NCBI GenBank assembly: GCA_900088475.1
Contig: FLMG01003914.1
Coordinates: forward strand, 57,025-121,024
Length of the DNA stretch: 64,000 nt
From: Hyphochytrium catenoides
Taxonomy: Eukaryota > Protista > Hyphochytriomycota
Direction: 5' to 3'
How positions within the stretch are numbered: position 1 is the stretch's first letter; each line of letters begins with the position of its first letter. The translations under genes and the position numbers were made by a program. Shown here one piece after another: positions 52,717 to 64,000 of this stretch. The notes beneath the pieces were generated by a model, which worked only from the letters and a program-made list of their open reading frames with translations, was not told where the DNA came from and searched no databases.

Positions 52717-53338
52717 TTATTTGGTGCCTCTGTCTCGCTTCATCCAGTTCCCAGATCTGGTTCTGATCTCCGGATCTGTAGACTTTCATTGAGAAACATA
52801 ACTCTGCTATTATTATTATCTTATCAATCTTCGCGCCTCAGTCCAACGCTTGCTCGACGATCTCTATCTGTGACTCTACGAGCTCCGTGATATTCTCTTC
52901 CGACTCCCCTGCAATCGTGGCCAAGCCGATAGACGACTGGTAAGCAATTCTGGGTGCCAAAGAACGGGGAAGCACGATGGGAACACACGGTTGACTTCGA
53001 AGAATCGTAGTGAAGATGACATTGGAGGTGTTGAGCTTTGAGTGACTAAACTTATGTTAGTGAGAGAGTTGAGAGTTTGGCGGAGAAAGAGACTCTCCAA
53101 GATCTGTTGGAAGGACAGGCTGATCTGGGTACTTTCTCCCTGTTCTTTGGGCATCATCTTCTGATCTGTCTCGCGCTTCGGCTTTCGCTCACCCTCTCCT
53201 GACGATCATGGGCAGACTTTTGGACTAGACGAAGTGCGAAGAAGCCAAGTGACAGGCAAGAGTGAGCACCACGCTTCTACGTCGCAGAACTTTGTGCACT
53301 TCTATAGTGGAGAGCGAGGACGCGATTGCTCGGTCACG

Positions 53339-55374
53339 ATGTTTTCAGGTAGGAAGGCCAGGAAGCAGACCATATGGAGAGAGGCAGAGAAAGAGATACA
53401 GGACAGGATGAACACTGGGCGCAAAGAGATATGGGGCAAGGAAGAGTTGTCTCCGCCCTGGAGACAAAGAAAGGCTATTGAGGGTCAGGAGGTGGGAATG
53501 TGATGAGTCCTTGCCAGGGCAAAGGCGCCCAGTAGTCGAACATCTATCCAACTGCACTTCTTATAGCTTTGAGGGAAGCTGAGGAGGAGGCAAAAGCGAA
53601 GGAGGCCGTTAAGGTTAGCAAGCCGCTCAAGTTCTTGCCGACCTTTTTTTTCTTCAGTGCCCTCCATTCACCATAGCTGCTCACTCTCTCTCTCTCTCTG
53701 GTTTCCCTTTCTGGCGTCTCTCTCTCTTGCTTGGTTGTCTTCTTCTCTCTCCCTCTGGCTCTTTCTTTTTTTTTTCTCTTCCTTTCCTCGTGCGGCCTCC
53801 TCTGTCTCCTCATGCCGCCTTCTCTGTCACTTCTCTCTAAATCTACTGTCATTGGGAGGAGGAGTATTTTGTGTTCTAGATATGTTCTAGGCATCGGAAG
53901 TCTCTATGTAGAGAACTTATATGTGCACGTCTGTCCGCTCCTCTCCTTTTCTGTCTCATAGGGCTCTCTCTCATTGCTCCTTTCACACTTACCTGATCAT
54001 TACTCCTTGGATTTGCCTCTACGAAATATGTCATATCTCTTAGGCGCTGTCGTTCAAGCTTTCTGCCAAGTCCAACATTAACTGGGGAGATGAAGATAGT
54101 GACGATGACTTCGACCCTCTCGACGCTGTGAGGGCCACAAAGGCAGCAGCAGTAGCAAAGGTATTAGGCATCTGAAATAAGCCTAGATTGAGAGGGGAGA
54201 GGGGGCCGTAGGGAAAGAAAGCTAAAGAGATAGAGGCAGCCCATAGTGGCAATCAGTGAAGAGCATCCTGAGTTGACTGATGTCGCTTAACGCTGGGACG
54301 TCTTCTCTCAGGCTAGAAAACAGTCAGTGGATAGTGAGAGCGAGGAAGAAGAAGAGGAGGAAGAGTCAGACAAGGACGAGACAACAGAAGAGGCGACTAC
54401 GAACAAGCAAGAGGGAGAGTCAGCAACACAGTCTGCGGCTGACAAAGGTAAATCCTCTTCCTAGGCAAAGTAGAGAGCGTCATTGTCATTCTCTTCCTAC
54501 CCGTCTATCAATCGCTTGCTATGTCACCTCCGTTGCCTTCAAAGCGTGTATGTCAATTCCTCTCTAGTTATCCTTCTCTCCGCCTCTCTCGGACACAACG
54601 GGCATGGTCCCTCTATGATGATGCTTTGGCACTTCTGGGCTTTGCTTGGACTTCGCGGTTCTGGGAGTTTTGTTGGCTAATGGCGCCTGTTATCCTTGCT
54701 TATTATTGGCTAAAGCCGCAAAGGTTGTGAAGCCTCCACAGCGGCAATTGTCAAAGAAAGAAAGGAAGAAGAAGGAAATGGAAGAGCTAGAGAAGATTTT
54801 GGCAGAGATGGGAGTTGAACAGGCGGACCAAGAAAAGGATGGCAAGCCTGCAGAAGAGACGAAGGCAGAGAGAGACGAAGGAGAAGAAGCAGCCGAGGAC
54901 GATGGAGAGACTGGAGAAGCGGGGGATAAGAAGAAGCGGAAGAAGAAGAAGAAGGAGAAGGAAAAGGCAAAAGAAGGTGAGTTATACTCAGAATTCTCCT
55001 TGGAGAGGAGGGCAGACCCTGATAGAAAGACTGTTGAAGGGAGCATGGAACGAACCATTCGACTCTTGGTCTCACAGAGACGAGGGGAGAAAAGACGGAA
55101 GAGAGAGAGAGGCAACGACTCTTGTTCTTTTTGCTAACACCGTCTCTTTCCTCCTTCTCTTTCCCGCGTGATGACTCCTATAGCCACTCCTGCACCGGCC
55201 AGTACAGAGCCACCAGTAGCAGCTCCCTCAGATATCAAGGAAGTTCTGAAGGCGAAGGGAAAGAAGAAGCCTCAGAAGAGTGAGGCAATCCTCCTTGCTG
55301 AAAAAGAAGCCAAGAGCAAACCAAAGCAGAAGAAGAAGGACAAGAGCCATTATAACCAGATGCCTACGAGATAG
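53339..55374 (+). CDS. Uncharacterised K/E-rich protein of a conserved eukaryotic (plant-like) family, multi-exon; start uncertain
   Basis: The model reads MFS|ALREAEEEAKAKEAVK|ALSFKL...NWGDEDSDDDF...|...RQLSKKERKKKEMEELEKILAEMGV...|...KKKDKSHYNQMPTR*. The motifs recall an uncharacterised plant family (RQLSKKERKKKELAEL...HYNQQPVR). Confidence 0.75.
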
Positions 55375-56056
55375 TGTGCTTCTTTCCTCCTCTCTTTTCT
55401 CTTCCTATTCTCCCGGTAGCAACTAGCTCTCGTACTAATAGAAGACCATACGATTGGGAAGCTTTGTGGCCGTTGTCTGTACGTCACTGATGACACGTGA
55501 TTAGGGTTCAAGAAGCTGAAGGCACTGCCTTGGTGGGCATTGCACTTATTAGTCAGTCTGAGCCTTCCTTGGAGGCTCGGTTGTCAATTCGCCTCTGCTT
55601 CTAATATTCGCATGCTACACGGGGCCATAGAGACGACAGCCAACTAAGTGTTTTCCCTTGCCAGCTTGCTTACTAGTCTTAGAAGGAAGGCTTGGGGAGA
55701 GGAGAAGGATTGCAGGGGGCTCTGTCTCTGCCACAAACGATCGACGGCCAAGAACAGGAAACTCTCTGCTGTCGGATTCTCACTTTGTCTCTCTCTGTTG
55801 TTTGTGAGTTCCTTGGGCTATCTTTGCACTCTCTCTGTGCAATTGTGTCACTGTGGTAAGGCTGCTTAGACTGTTCTGCCAAATATGTGGCGACACGCAG
55901 CACCGCATACGCTAGATGGACGGCTAAAGATAGATATACATGCAGAGATGCAGACCAGTACTGAGAGGACTTATTCTGCCTTCAGAGAAAGAAGCGTAGA
56001 ACTAGAGATCTTTCTAGCGGTCATCACCTGTTGGGTTCTATGATATAGATGGGAAG

Positions 56057-58183
56057 CTATGACTGGAGATTTGCTACTGCTCTAACCTCCTCTGCTTTTT
56101 GGACTGCCCGAACCGTCTGTCGGGCGCGTGAGGAGGGACGAACCGTGTTCCCTTTAACTCCTCCTAGGGTTTCTCTCTGATTATCTCTCTCTTTCCCTCC
56201 TTGATCCGATGTGTCAGGGATATGCTTGAAAGCCTCTGCGTAGTACGAGCGGTCTAGCCCGTCTCTCGCTCCATGAGAGGGAAGATCTGCTCTTCCTATT
56301 CCTAAGACTGACGACGCTCTTTCTCGAACCAGGCCCTCTGAAAAGGGATAAGCAAGTTCTTGTTAGAAGAAACGTTGAAAGAAGGATAGCGGATACTTCC
56401 AAAGATAGGACAACATAGTTTGTTGACCGAACTCAGGGATGGAGAGAGAGACCGAAAGAGTGAGAGAGAGAGCGCGAGAGAAAGAGAGAGAAAGAGACAG
56501 AGACAGAGAGAAATAGAAAGCGAGAAAAACGAAGAAGCGAGAGCTCCGAAGAGAACAGTCCAGAGAGAGGTTATCGCCACATGTAACAAGGAAGGTGTGA
56601 CAGACCTGATACTTGGAGCTGTTGCCGTCTCTCTATTGCAGGCCCTGTGGCTGCTGGTCTATGATGTAGGTAATAGTTAAAGGAACAGCGCCAGCACAAA
56701 ATGGTCAGTGATAATGCTCTCAAGTGGACGGAAGAGGTCTCAGGCAGAAAGAGAGACACTGCTGATAACCAAAAGCCAGAGCAGGATCGTAGAAAGTAAT
56801 AGAGAGAAGGTCATCTGTCGCGCTCAAAGTCTTTCGGAGCTTCATCAGCAGAGTGGTTTCATAGGTTAGGATTAACAGTGAGAAGGTAAGCAGGCTGGGC
56901 CGCAGACGCTGCAGGGCGAGCCTGTAAGTCAAGAGTCACCAGCCACGCGTGCAGATGACGACAGCGCTGCGAAGGACTGAAGGTCGCGCAGATTCGATGA
57001 GAAACGTACAGGAAGAATCTGTTGGCGGACTCTCTGAGTGCCACTGCTCCTTCCGCCTCAAGGCGCTTAGTGACTTCCTCCAGCAGGTACTTCCGACCCT
57101 TCTCTGGTTTGCGCTCCAGGGAGGCAGCGTCAGGGTACTCGGCACAGGAAATAATATTGAATCCGTGAGGCTGAGACATGAAGAGATGATAGACAGAGGA
57201 ACTGCATAAGAGGTTGCCATGTGTCCAAAGCTCCAGAAGAAGAGAGTAGAGGAATTGGAAAGGAGAGAAGAGAGAAGGAAGAGAGTTAGGAGTTTCCATT
57301 GTTTTACCTTGTCAGCTTGATTAAGCTTTCTTCTTCTCTCAATGACGGCAGAATCCGGCTCTGTCGGACCTCGATCTTCTTCAAACCGCACCGAATCCTC
57401 TGACGCCGTAGCCGGCCGACGGCGGTTAAATCCTAAAGAAAGGATAGCGGGATGAAAGGACGGAAAGGTTATAACTTGAGAGAAAGAGAGAGAGAGAGAC
57501 AACGGAAGCCTAGAGAGAACAGCACTGACGTCTATGGCAAATCGAACCCAGGCCACCCTTGAATTTCAATGAAGAAGGAGAAAGAATGCGAGAGAGAGAT
57601 ATTTGACGTTCAACAGGTAGAAGAGATAGCTCTCATCGACTTTTGGGATAATCTACCCTTTAGCTCTGGTGCAATCCATCTCTGTCTCTCTTTCTCCCTG
57701 TCTCTCCCTCTATTTTCTGTTCTGTCTCGCTCCCTGTAAGCTTCTCTCGTCGCTTTCTGTCTCTTTCTCTCTCTCTGTCTCTCTCTCTCTCTGTCTCTCT
57801 CTCTCTGTCTCTCTCTCTCCCTCACACACACAAACGCAAACACATAGAGCGTCTCTTCCTCTTTCTCCCTTCTTCTCCTCCACTACTAATGTCAACACTA
57901 TATTCCTCTTATTCTCAGACTCGGGTCCATTGTCCTTACCTCTGCCAAACTTGCTGCTGACGCGGGATCCCGGTCTATGATCGTCAAGCGTCGTGTCTGG
58001 CGCTCTTAAAAAGTGCCAGCGCTCCATCTCGGTTTCTACTCTCACTTTCCCTCTGACATTCCTGCTCTCTACGCGTCTCTCTAGCTTGGAGAGCTCCAGA
58101 GGCGAGAGATGCCGAGGAGGAGCCTCACCCGTGAAGTCCACCACGGAGGCCGTCTTCTTGTCAGCGAATAACTTCTTCGTCAT
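56057..58183 (-). CDS. Uncharacterised protein, ~5 exons
   Basis: An in-frame spliced model gives MTKKLFADKK...SKFGR|GFNRRR...DSAVIERRRKLNQADK|YPDAA...ESANRFFL|PAATGPAIERRQQLQVS|EGLVRERASSVLGIGRADLPSHGARDGLDRSYY...EEVRAVANLQS*. The last exon frame is not in the ORF track. Confidence 0.65.
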
Positions 58184-58759
58184 AATGAGGACGCAGTGGG
58201 TCTGAAGACGGGAAGAGGACGACAAAAGAGACAGCCAGTTCGGGACTAATAGATTTGAGAAGAGAGAAGAGAAGACGAGCTTGGTAGACCTACTAGAAGG
58301 AGCAATCGAAGGGCATGGCCATGAGTCGGCGCTGTTCACTATGATAATATAGCGATAAGGTGATGCCGACTTGGCCCTCTACGGCATCAGACTCCTTCTA
58401 AAGGTTCGGCGGCACGGTGCGCGATCGATCGATCGAGAGAGCGAGGAAAGAGAGTCAATAGAGGACAATCAGTGGCAAGAGGGAGGCGGAAAAAAAGCAA
58501 CCTCCCGCAACGTAGAGAGTTTGGCAAGCTGTTGGTGGCTGAGATTGACGCGCTTTGGAGACTCATCGCCAGGCGTGACCATCTTGCACTGCTGTCAAGG
58601 CGAGCAGCAAGTGAACATGCAACCATTCTTCAGGGTATGAGAGAGAGAAAGAGAGCGATAGAAGAGATTGGTAGAGCGACCCATAATAGGGAGAGCAAGA
58701 GAGTGTGAGATAAGCACAAACAGTCAATCAACTGGAGGGAAGGAACGGTGAAAGAGGGA

Positions 58760-58844
58760 GAGAGAGAGAGTAACGAGAGAGAGAGAGAGAGAAAACAAGA
58801 GGAGAGAGAGAGAAGCAAGAGGAGAGAGAGAGACAGAGAGAGTG

Positions 58845-58889
<45 letters not shown>
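58760..58889. repeat. (GA)n microsatellite / purine-rich tract
   Basis: Near-pure GA repeats. Similar CT/GA tracts occur at ~39120-39200, ~43300-43610, ~57760-57820 and ~62450-62600. Confidence 0.9.
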
Positions 58890-58895
<6 letters not shown>

Positions 58896-58964
58896 AGGCC
58901 TGTGATTACGCTGGCTGAAGAGACAGAAGAGAGAGGATGATGGGAAGAGAGGAGAAAACCCAGA

Positions 58965-61128
58965 TCAGAATCTTTGGGAGGTTACATCATTCCACTGCAG
59001 CACGGTCATTGGGTTGGATTCAGCATCCAAAGCTTGTATTACATTGAATGGATGTCTGGATTCATAATAGCATGGCCTAAACTGACCCGTAACGGCTAGT
59101 TGGAGCGCCCTGTGAATACTGTCAGAGGATGATGGATCGCCTCCAAGACAATGCCGCTCGTTAAGCATGAAGGCTTTGCAAGAGATCAGTGTCACTGAGG
59201 AGAAAAGAGGGCTCTCGACGCGAAGGAAGCAGGGCATATGGTCGACAGTGCTGCTGGAACGGTCTCTAACTTCTTTCCATGACGATAGCAACTGCTTTCC
59301 CTAGTGCTCAGGATCTCTAGTTTAACTACCTCTTCCAGTGTTGCTCTCCCCACCGGATGGAGAGCGGTGGTGGCGCCCAGTTATTGAGTGCAAGCATTTT
59401 GCTCCTGTCATTTACAAGCGCATAGCATAATAGAGACTGGGCTACTAATCGTGACTGGTAATCTTGACCCAGTCAGCACTTTGAACTGGAGCCAGAAGGC
59501 GCAGTTGACTAGGCATCATCATCAGGCTCTCCCATAGAAAGAGAACTAGAAGAGAGATCGATAAAGCTCCTGATGAGCACTTTTTGGGGAGCGTGGAAAG
59601 GAGTCAAATGGTCACTTTCCTTTATTATTTGTCCTTTCAGCACTCAAGTCGACCCACTCGCCGCAGACTCTGCTATTCTCATCCTTCTACCTGAAGGACG
59701 CTCATCGCATAACCCTCTAAATAGGGCTCCTCAAGGTCACCATGCAATCCGTGCGGTGCCGTTCTTTTCCAACCTGTCGCCATATCGCTGTCGCTAGGGC
59801 TCAGCATGCTACAGCGAGGAAAGCCTTTCCTAACGTCCCCAAACGAGCATAGCATTGTCTTCTTTGGCAATGTGAGGTTCAGACACCCATGGCAGAACCT
59901 CCTTCTGGTCTAGGCAGCTGACCAGAAACGCTCTTGAGAGGTAATTCCGCAACAAGTCTATGGCCAATATCAGAATAGAGTTATTTATAGAGATACGGAC
60001 AGACAACCAAGAGGAGAAGAGAGGCACATCGACCCAAACAGAGCGTCGCCTGGGCCCGGCGTCAATCAGTTGACGACAATGACACAGTGTAAGGAAAGGA
60101 AGAGATAGAAGAAGCGAATGTAAGAATAGCCAGAGTTCCTCCATTCGGGCTCATATACAAGAGACACCTGCGGAGAGTGAGGAATGAAAGTTGAGGTAAA
60201 GAGATAGCCAAGCGGCACTGGCGCCACTGCAGAGAAGCATTTTGGAGGAGAAGAAGAAAATTGCTCTCACGAAACGCTCTCGTTAACCAAGGGTTCTTCA
60301 GGGCCTGCTGGCCGTCGTTGTACGATGTCAAGAACTGTGTTCGGCTATAGCCAAGTGCTTATTACTCATCATCCGTCGGAGTAAATCATCCCTTAAGACA
60401 AAGAAACAGTCAAACGGCATTGGCTAGTTAGCGCGCGTACGTGCCTAGTAGCATAGATGATAAAATAGGATTATCGGTGCTTCAAGATCATAATAACGTT
60501 CTAACCAAGCCCTTATGTTACAGTCGTCACTACCATCGGCGTGTCTTGGAAGAATACATTACCGAGCTATTCACATTTTTCTTAGCTTTCCAGACGAGGC
60601 CAAGCAGTCTCAAGACTGGACGGATCATGTGAATAGTGGTCACGCGCTGGCGCGACTCAAACACTGTTTGATCTTCGGTTGAGTGGTTACGGCGGTCAAT
60701 GAAGGAGAATAGCTCGTGCTTCAATAAAGAAAGATCACCAAGTATAGGAGGGTCGAGCACCGAGTATAGAAAGAAAAAGAAGGAGACAACAAGCAGACTA
60801 GGTTCCGACTCCTGCCTCCAACAACAATACCGCTTTGAAGTCACATTTTGTATGATCTACTGAATGAAGCGTCCAGCCTATGTTGGACATTACTGCTTGT
60901 TCCTCACCTATAAAGTGGTGATGAGGTGTTGCTAGGGCTTCTTCTGTGGACAGAAGGAGAAGACAAGCGACAAAGAGGAGAGAGATTGACACTGCCTTCA
61001 AGCAAAGATGGAACAAACAGCGGCGTAGAAGGAGAGCAAAGCGGGCCGCCGTAGCAAGATGCTTACAACCATTGTCTGTTGCAAGATTGAAATCTGAAGG
61101 GACGGGTCTTGCTACGGTATCTCTTCAT
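58965..61128 (-). CDS. Probable multi-exon gene of unknown function; model unresolved
   Basis: Several open segments are bounded by GT/AG and pyrimidine tracts (e.g. RTQFLTSYNDGQQALKNPWLTRAF; DLLRNYLSRAFLVSCLDQKEVLPW; terminal exon ...LLSSWKEV...VLQWNDVTSQRF*). I could not join all exons in frame. Confidence 0.35.
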
Positions 61129-62881
61129 GTACCATAAAAATGAGAACCTGCGTGAATGTTGAACAAGACGTCTTTTCTCCTTCTCTGGACACACCTCTAC
61201 CTACCTTTGTAGATCGTGAGCAAGGAGGAGGAAGTCTCCTTATTAACTGGTCCGTCTCTCGTCCACCTAAATACTTCCCGCAGCGTGTTTCTTACTTCAC
61301 CACCTACAGACAGCTCTTGTGGCCAGTTGGCTCCGCCTCCTTCTGCCAACATGAAGCCTCCACTGATGGTCACCTTGTCTTCACAGTGTCTATCTACTTC
61401 ATGGCAGATCAAGGTCCACTCGAACGGCCTTGTCCATGTACGGACCTGCACTTACTTCGGCCTTTTATTAGTTCACTCTATAGAGTCCTCCTTCAGCCCT
61501 CATGACCCGCCTGTCAAGCTTCACGTCTCCTAGGAAGCTGCGGACCTACTGAACTCCTTGGCCATGATGATGATGATGTCCGTCAACCCCGCATCTTTCT
61601 TCTACTAGAGGAGGTGGCACGATTATGAGGAGAGAGACCAGTAATAAAAAGACTGCAACAGAGACTCTCATTTGCGGCTGGCCTGCCGTCGGACAGTCAC
61701 CTGACCTATCAGATGATTCTGCCACGCGCATCTCTGGTTCGCTGCCTCATGCCCGACTGTGAAAGGGGGTGACCGAAGTTAGCCCAGTATGCGACCGTTA
61801 GCGACTCTCTTATCTCGCGCTATCTAGGACATTGGTGGTTATTACTCTATGTAGATTTAGACGGACTCTAGGTCTCGTCAGTATTGGTCTTTGTTCTAGA
61901 CCTTAGGTACTAAGATCGCCGATTGAAATCAACAGACCTTAATCTGACCGCTGACCTCTGACCAGACTGTGGGCCTACTAGAGTCCTGCAAAGCTTAGCG
62001 AATTTATTTAGTCATCAGAGTAGGACAGCGGTCTAGAAAGTCCATACAGAATCTTTACCTCTTCTCCCGGCCATTGTCGTTCTAAACCCTAAGCTGTGTT
62101 GGACAAGGCAGTTCTGGTGATAGATGCTGGAACCTAAATTCTCACTGGACAGACAAGAGGATCTAGGTTTCAGTTCTAAACTGGTCGGCCGGCCGTTTCA
62201 AGGAGAAGTGCAAAGTGAGCTGCACTGGACCTCAAGATACTGATTGGCCAACCCACTTCTCTCCCCTCTCTCAAGCCTCTGTCTCGCTATGTTCAATTAT
62301 GTATTATAGGCTTTAGCTCATCTCTCTATCTCTCTGTCTCTCACCTGTAGTGAGCCCACACTCCGCCAAGGTTCAACCATCAACCGTCACGATCACTCAC
62401 CTCCTGTTCCTTTCTCACAGTCCGGCTCTCTCTTCACACTCAGCTTGCTTTCTCTCTCTCTCTCCTGTCCTCTCTTCTCTCTCTCTCTCTCTCCCTCTCT
62501 TTCTTTCTCTCTCTTTCTTTCTCTCTCTCTTTTCTCTCTCTCTCTCTCTCCCTACTTTGTGCACTCCTCCTTCCCTCGTCTCTCTTCCTCTCTTCCTCTC
62601 TCTATTCTCTCCCTCCCTTTCCTTCTCCAGGTGTCACATTACTATGAGGCCGTTTGCACGACCGCTGGCTGCTGGCCGTTCTTCTCCTCCAAAGTTCCGG
62701 AGCTCAGAGACTTCCCTCTCTTCTCTGGCTCTTCTGCTCGTAGCCAAGCGCCTGACCTCTTCTCCTTTCTCTTCCCCGTACCTGCGACCATCCTCCTCAT
62801 CACAAATCCTCTTTCTTCCTGCCCCTCATCCACACCACGGACGGGGTAAAACCACGCCAGCAGTCCGTTCTGCTTCCTTTT

Positions 62882-62888
62882 TATAAAA
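62882..62888 (+). promoter_or_regulatory. Candidate TATA box
   Basis: TATAAAA ~120 bp upstream of the ATG at 63005. Confidence 0.4.
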
Positions 62889-63004
62889 AACCGAGCCAAG
62901 AGAGTCAACGCACGGCAAAGCAAAGCATCCATCACTGCTGCCTCCCCGTTCATTTCTTTCGCTTTCTATAGTGCAGAGTCCATCTTCAGCGCTGTTATCT
63001 AAAG

Positions 63005-64000
63005 ATGAAGCTCTCTACACTGTTTCTCTCTCTGGCCATGACGGCCCTAGCCCTTCCTTCCTCTCCCTTGGTTCAGGCAGAAGTTCCTCAGGAGCATTCG
63101 CATGACTCCATCACCAATCTCATGCGCCAGACGTTTCTTAAGAACACTGGTGGGCTCCCTGACCCAATCTTCGGTCTTCTCGGCGACGCCAAAGCCAATG
63201 AGAATGCCCCGGATGGAAATGGCGCTTGCTTGCAGCAGAACATTGCGGACCAGGCAGTCACCAACGCTAAGGCCGCTAATGATATGAAGGCTCTTGCTGC
63301 CGCTTTGAAGTACCGCTCGCTAGAGCGCAACACTAATGGCGTTGGCGTGGCTTCTGTGGCTTGTAACAAGCAGCCAGTCAACCAGGAGCTTGCTGGGCTT
63401 TCTCAGCACCAAGATCCTGCTTCTAACAACGCTGCAACCGTCAACAAGAATGTTGAGATCAACCTGGCGAAGGCTCTGGCGGCTTTGGGCGAGAACCCTC
63501 TTGAGGCTCTGGAGACGGCAACATTTGCCCCAGGTAACAAGGGAGACAACACCGGCAAAGGGAATACCTGTGATGATGTGCACAACACAACGGACTTGCA
63601 GCAAGATTGCATCGTCAAGAATAAAGCTCAGGTCCCAGCAGCAACGGCGGAGGAGATCCAGGCCGCAGTGGGTGGCGCTCTGCAGGCTGGGAATGGAGGA
63701 GCAGCAAATCAGCAACAGGATGTCACTGCCGCGCCAGAAGCCAACGATAACAACAACGGAGCTGACCAGCAGCAGCAGAACAATCAGCAGCAGGCCACCA
63801 ATAACAACAACCAGCAAGCTGCTGGTGGGTTAGGATCTTGCAACGCTCAAGAGGCTCAGCTAGTCGTCGGTCTTGGAGTCGACAACGCTGGAGAAAGAGC
63901 TCAAGAGGTGCGCTTTGCACCGGGAGCATTTGGCCAGGCCAACTCTCCCTTTGGAAACCAAGGCTCTGCCTTGAATCCTGCCATCATTGCAAACTTCATC
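63005..64000 (+). CDS. Secreted protein resembling an uncharacterised fungal family (3' partial)
   Basis: Uninterrupted ORF from ATG 63005 to the window end: signal peptide MKLSTLFLSLAMTALALPSSPLVQA, then EVPQEHSH...DPIFGLLG...CLQQNIADQAVTNAKAA...YRSLERNT...QHQDPAS...TFAPG...GKGNTCD...CI, an N/Q-rich linker, then GSC...GSALNPAIIANFI. Confidence 0.9.
   Translation, partial: MKLSTLFLSLAMTALALPSSPLVQAEVPQEHSHDSITNLMRQTFLKNTGGLPDPIFGLLGDAKANENAPDGNGACLQQNIADQAVTNAKAANDMKALAAALKYRSLERNTNGVGVASVACNKQPVNQELAGLSQHQDPASNNAATVNKNVEINLAKALAALGENPLEALETATFAPGNKGDNTGKGNTCDDVHNTTDLQQDCIVKNKAQVPAATAEEIQAAVGGALQAGNGGAANQQQDVTAAPEANDNNNGADQQQQNNQQQATNNNNQQAAGGLGSCNAQEAQLVVGLGVDNAGERAQEVRFAPGAFGQANSPFGNQGSALNPAIIANFI

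Noticed and set aside
58371-58708. Plus-strand ORF fragments (also 61140-61533)
   Set aside because: No recognisable motifs and no consistent exon chain.
60798-61016. ORF with an apparent signal peptide
   Set aside because: It starts at TTG, and the hydrophobic stretch is a polypyrimidine intron tract ending in CAG.
63320-63833. 165-aa ORFs listed on both strands
   Set aside because: They are shadow frames of the real ORF starting at 63005.

Overview
Gene-dense, very intron-rich eukaryotic nuclear DNA with short GT-AG introns, CT/GA microsatellites and three N gaps. The gene content suggests a flagellated protist, possibly a stramenopile (inference only). I rebuilt spliced models by hand from splice signals and frame continuity. 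In order: a Cys/His-repeat protein (5' partial), RAD51D, a ~28-exon atypical 2-oxoglutarate dehydrogenase E1, an unknown gene, a highly divergent F1-ATPase alpha-like paralog, a gene-free island, a frameshifted intronless duplicated membrane protein, RAE1, a repeat/hairpin cluster, SmG, mitochondrial L28, a NOL7/Utp16-like gene, centrin, an SVBP-like microprotein, an RCC1-HECT (HERC-like) E3 ligase, a PX protein, three uncharacterised genes, and an intronless secreted protein resembling a fungal family that runs off the window end and is missing from the ORF track. Most notable: (1) the remodelled alpha-like ATPase with a mitochondrial-type presequence, (2) the fungal-type secreted protein (candidate HGT), (3) the SVBP homolog next to centrin, (4) the atypical E1. 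All family assignments come from recalled motifs, not database searches.
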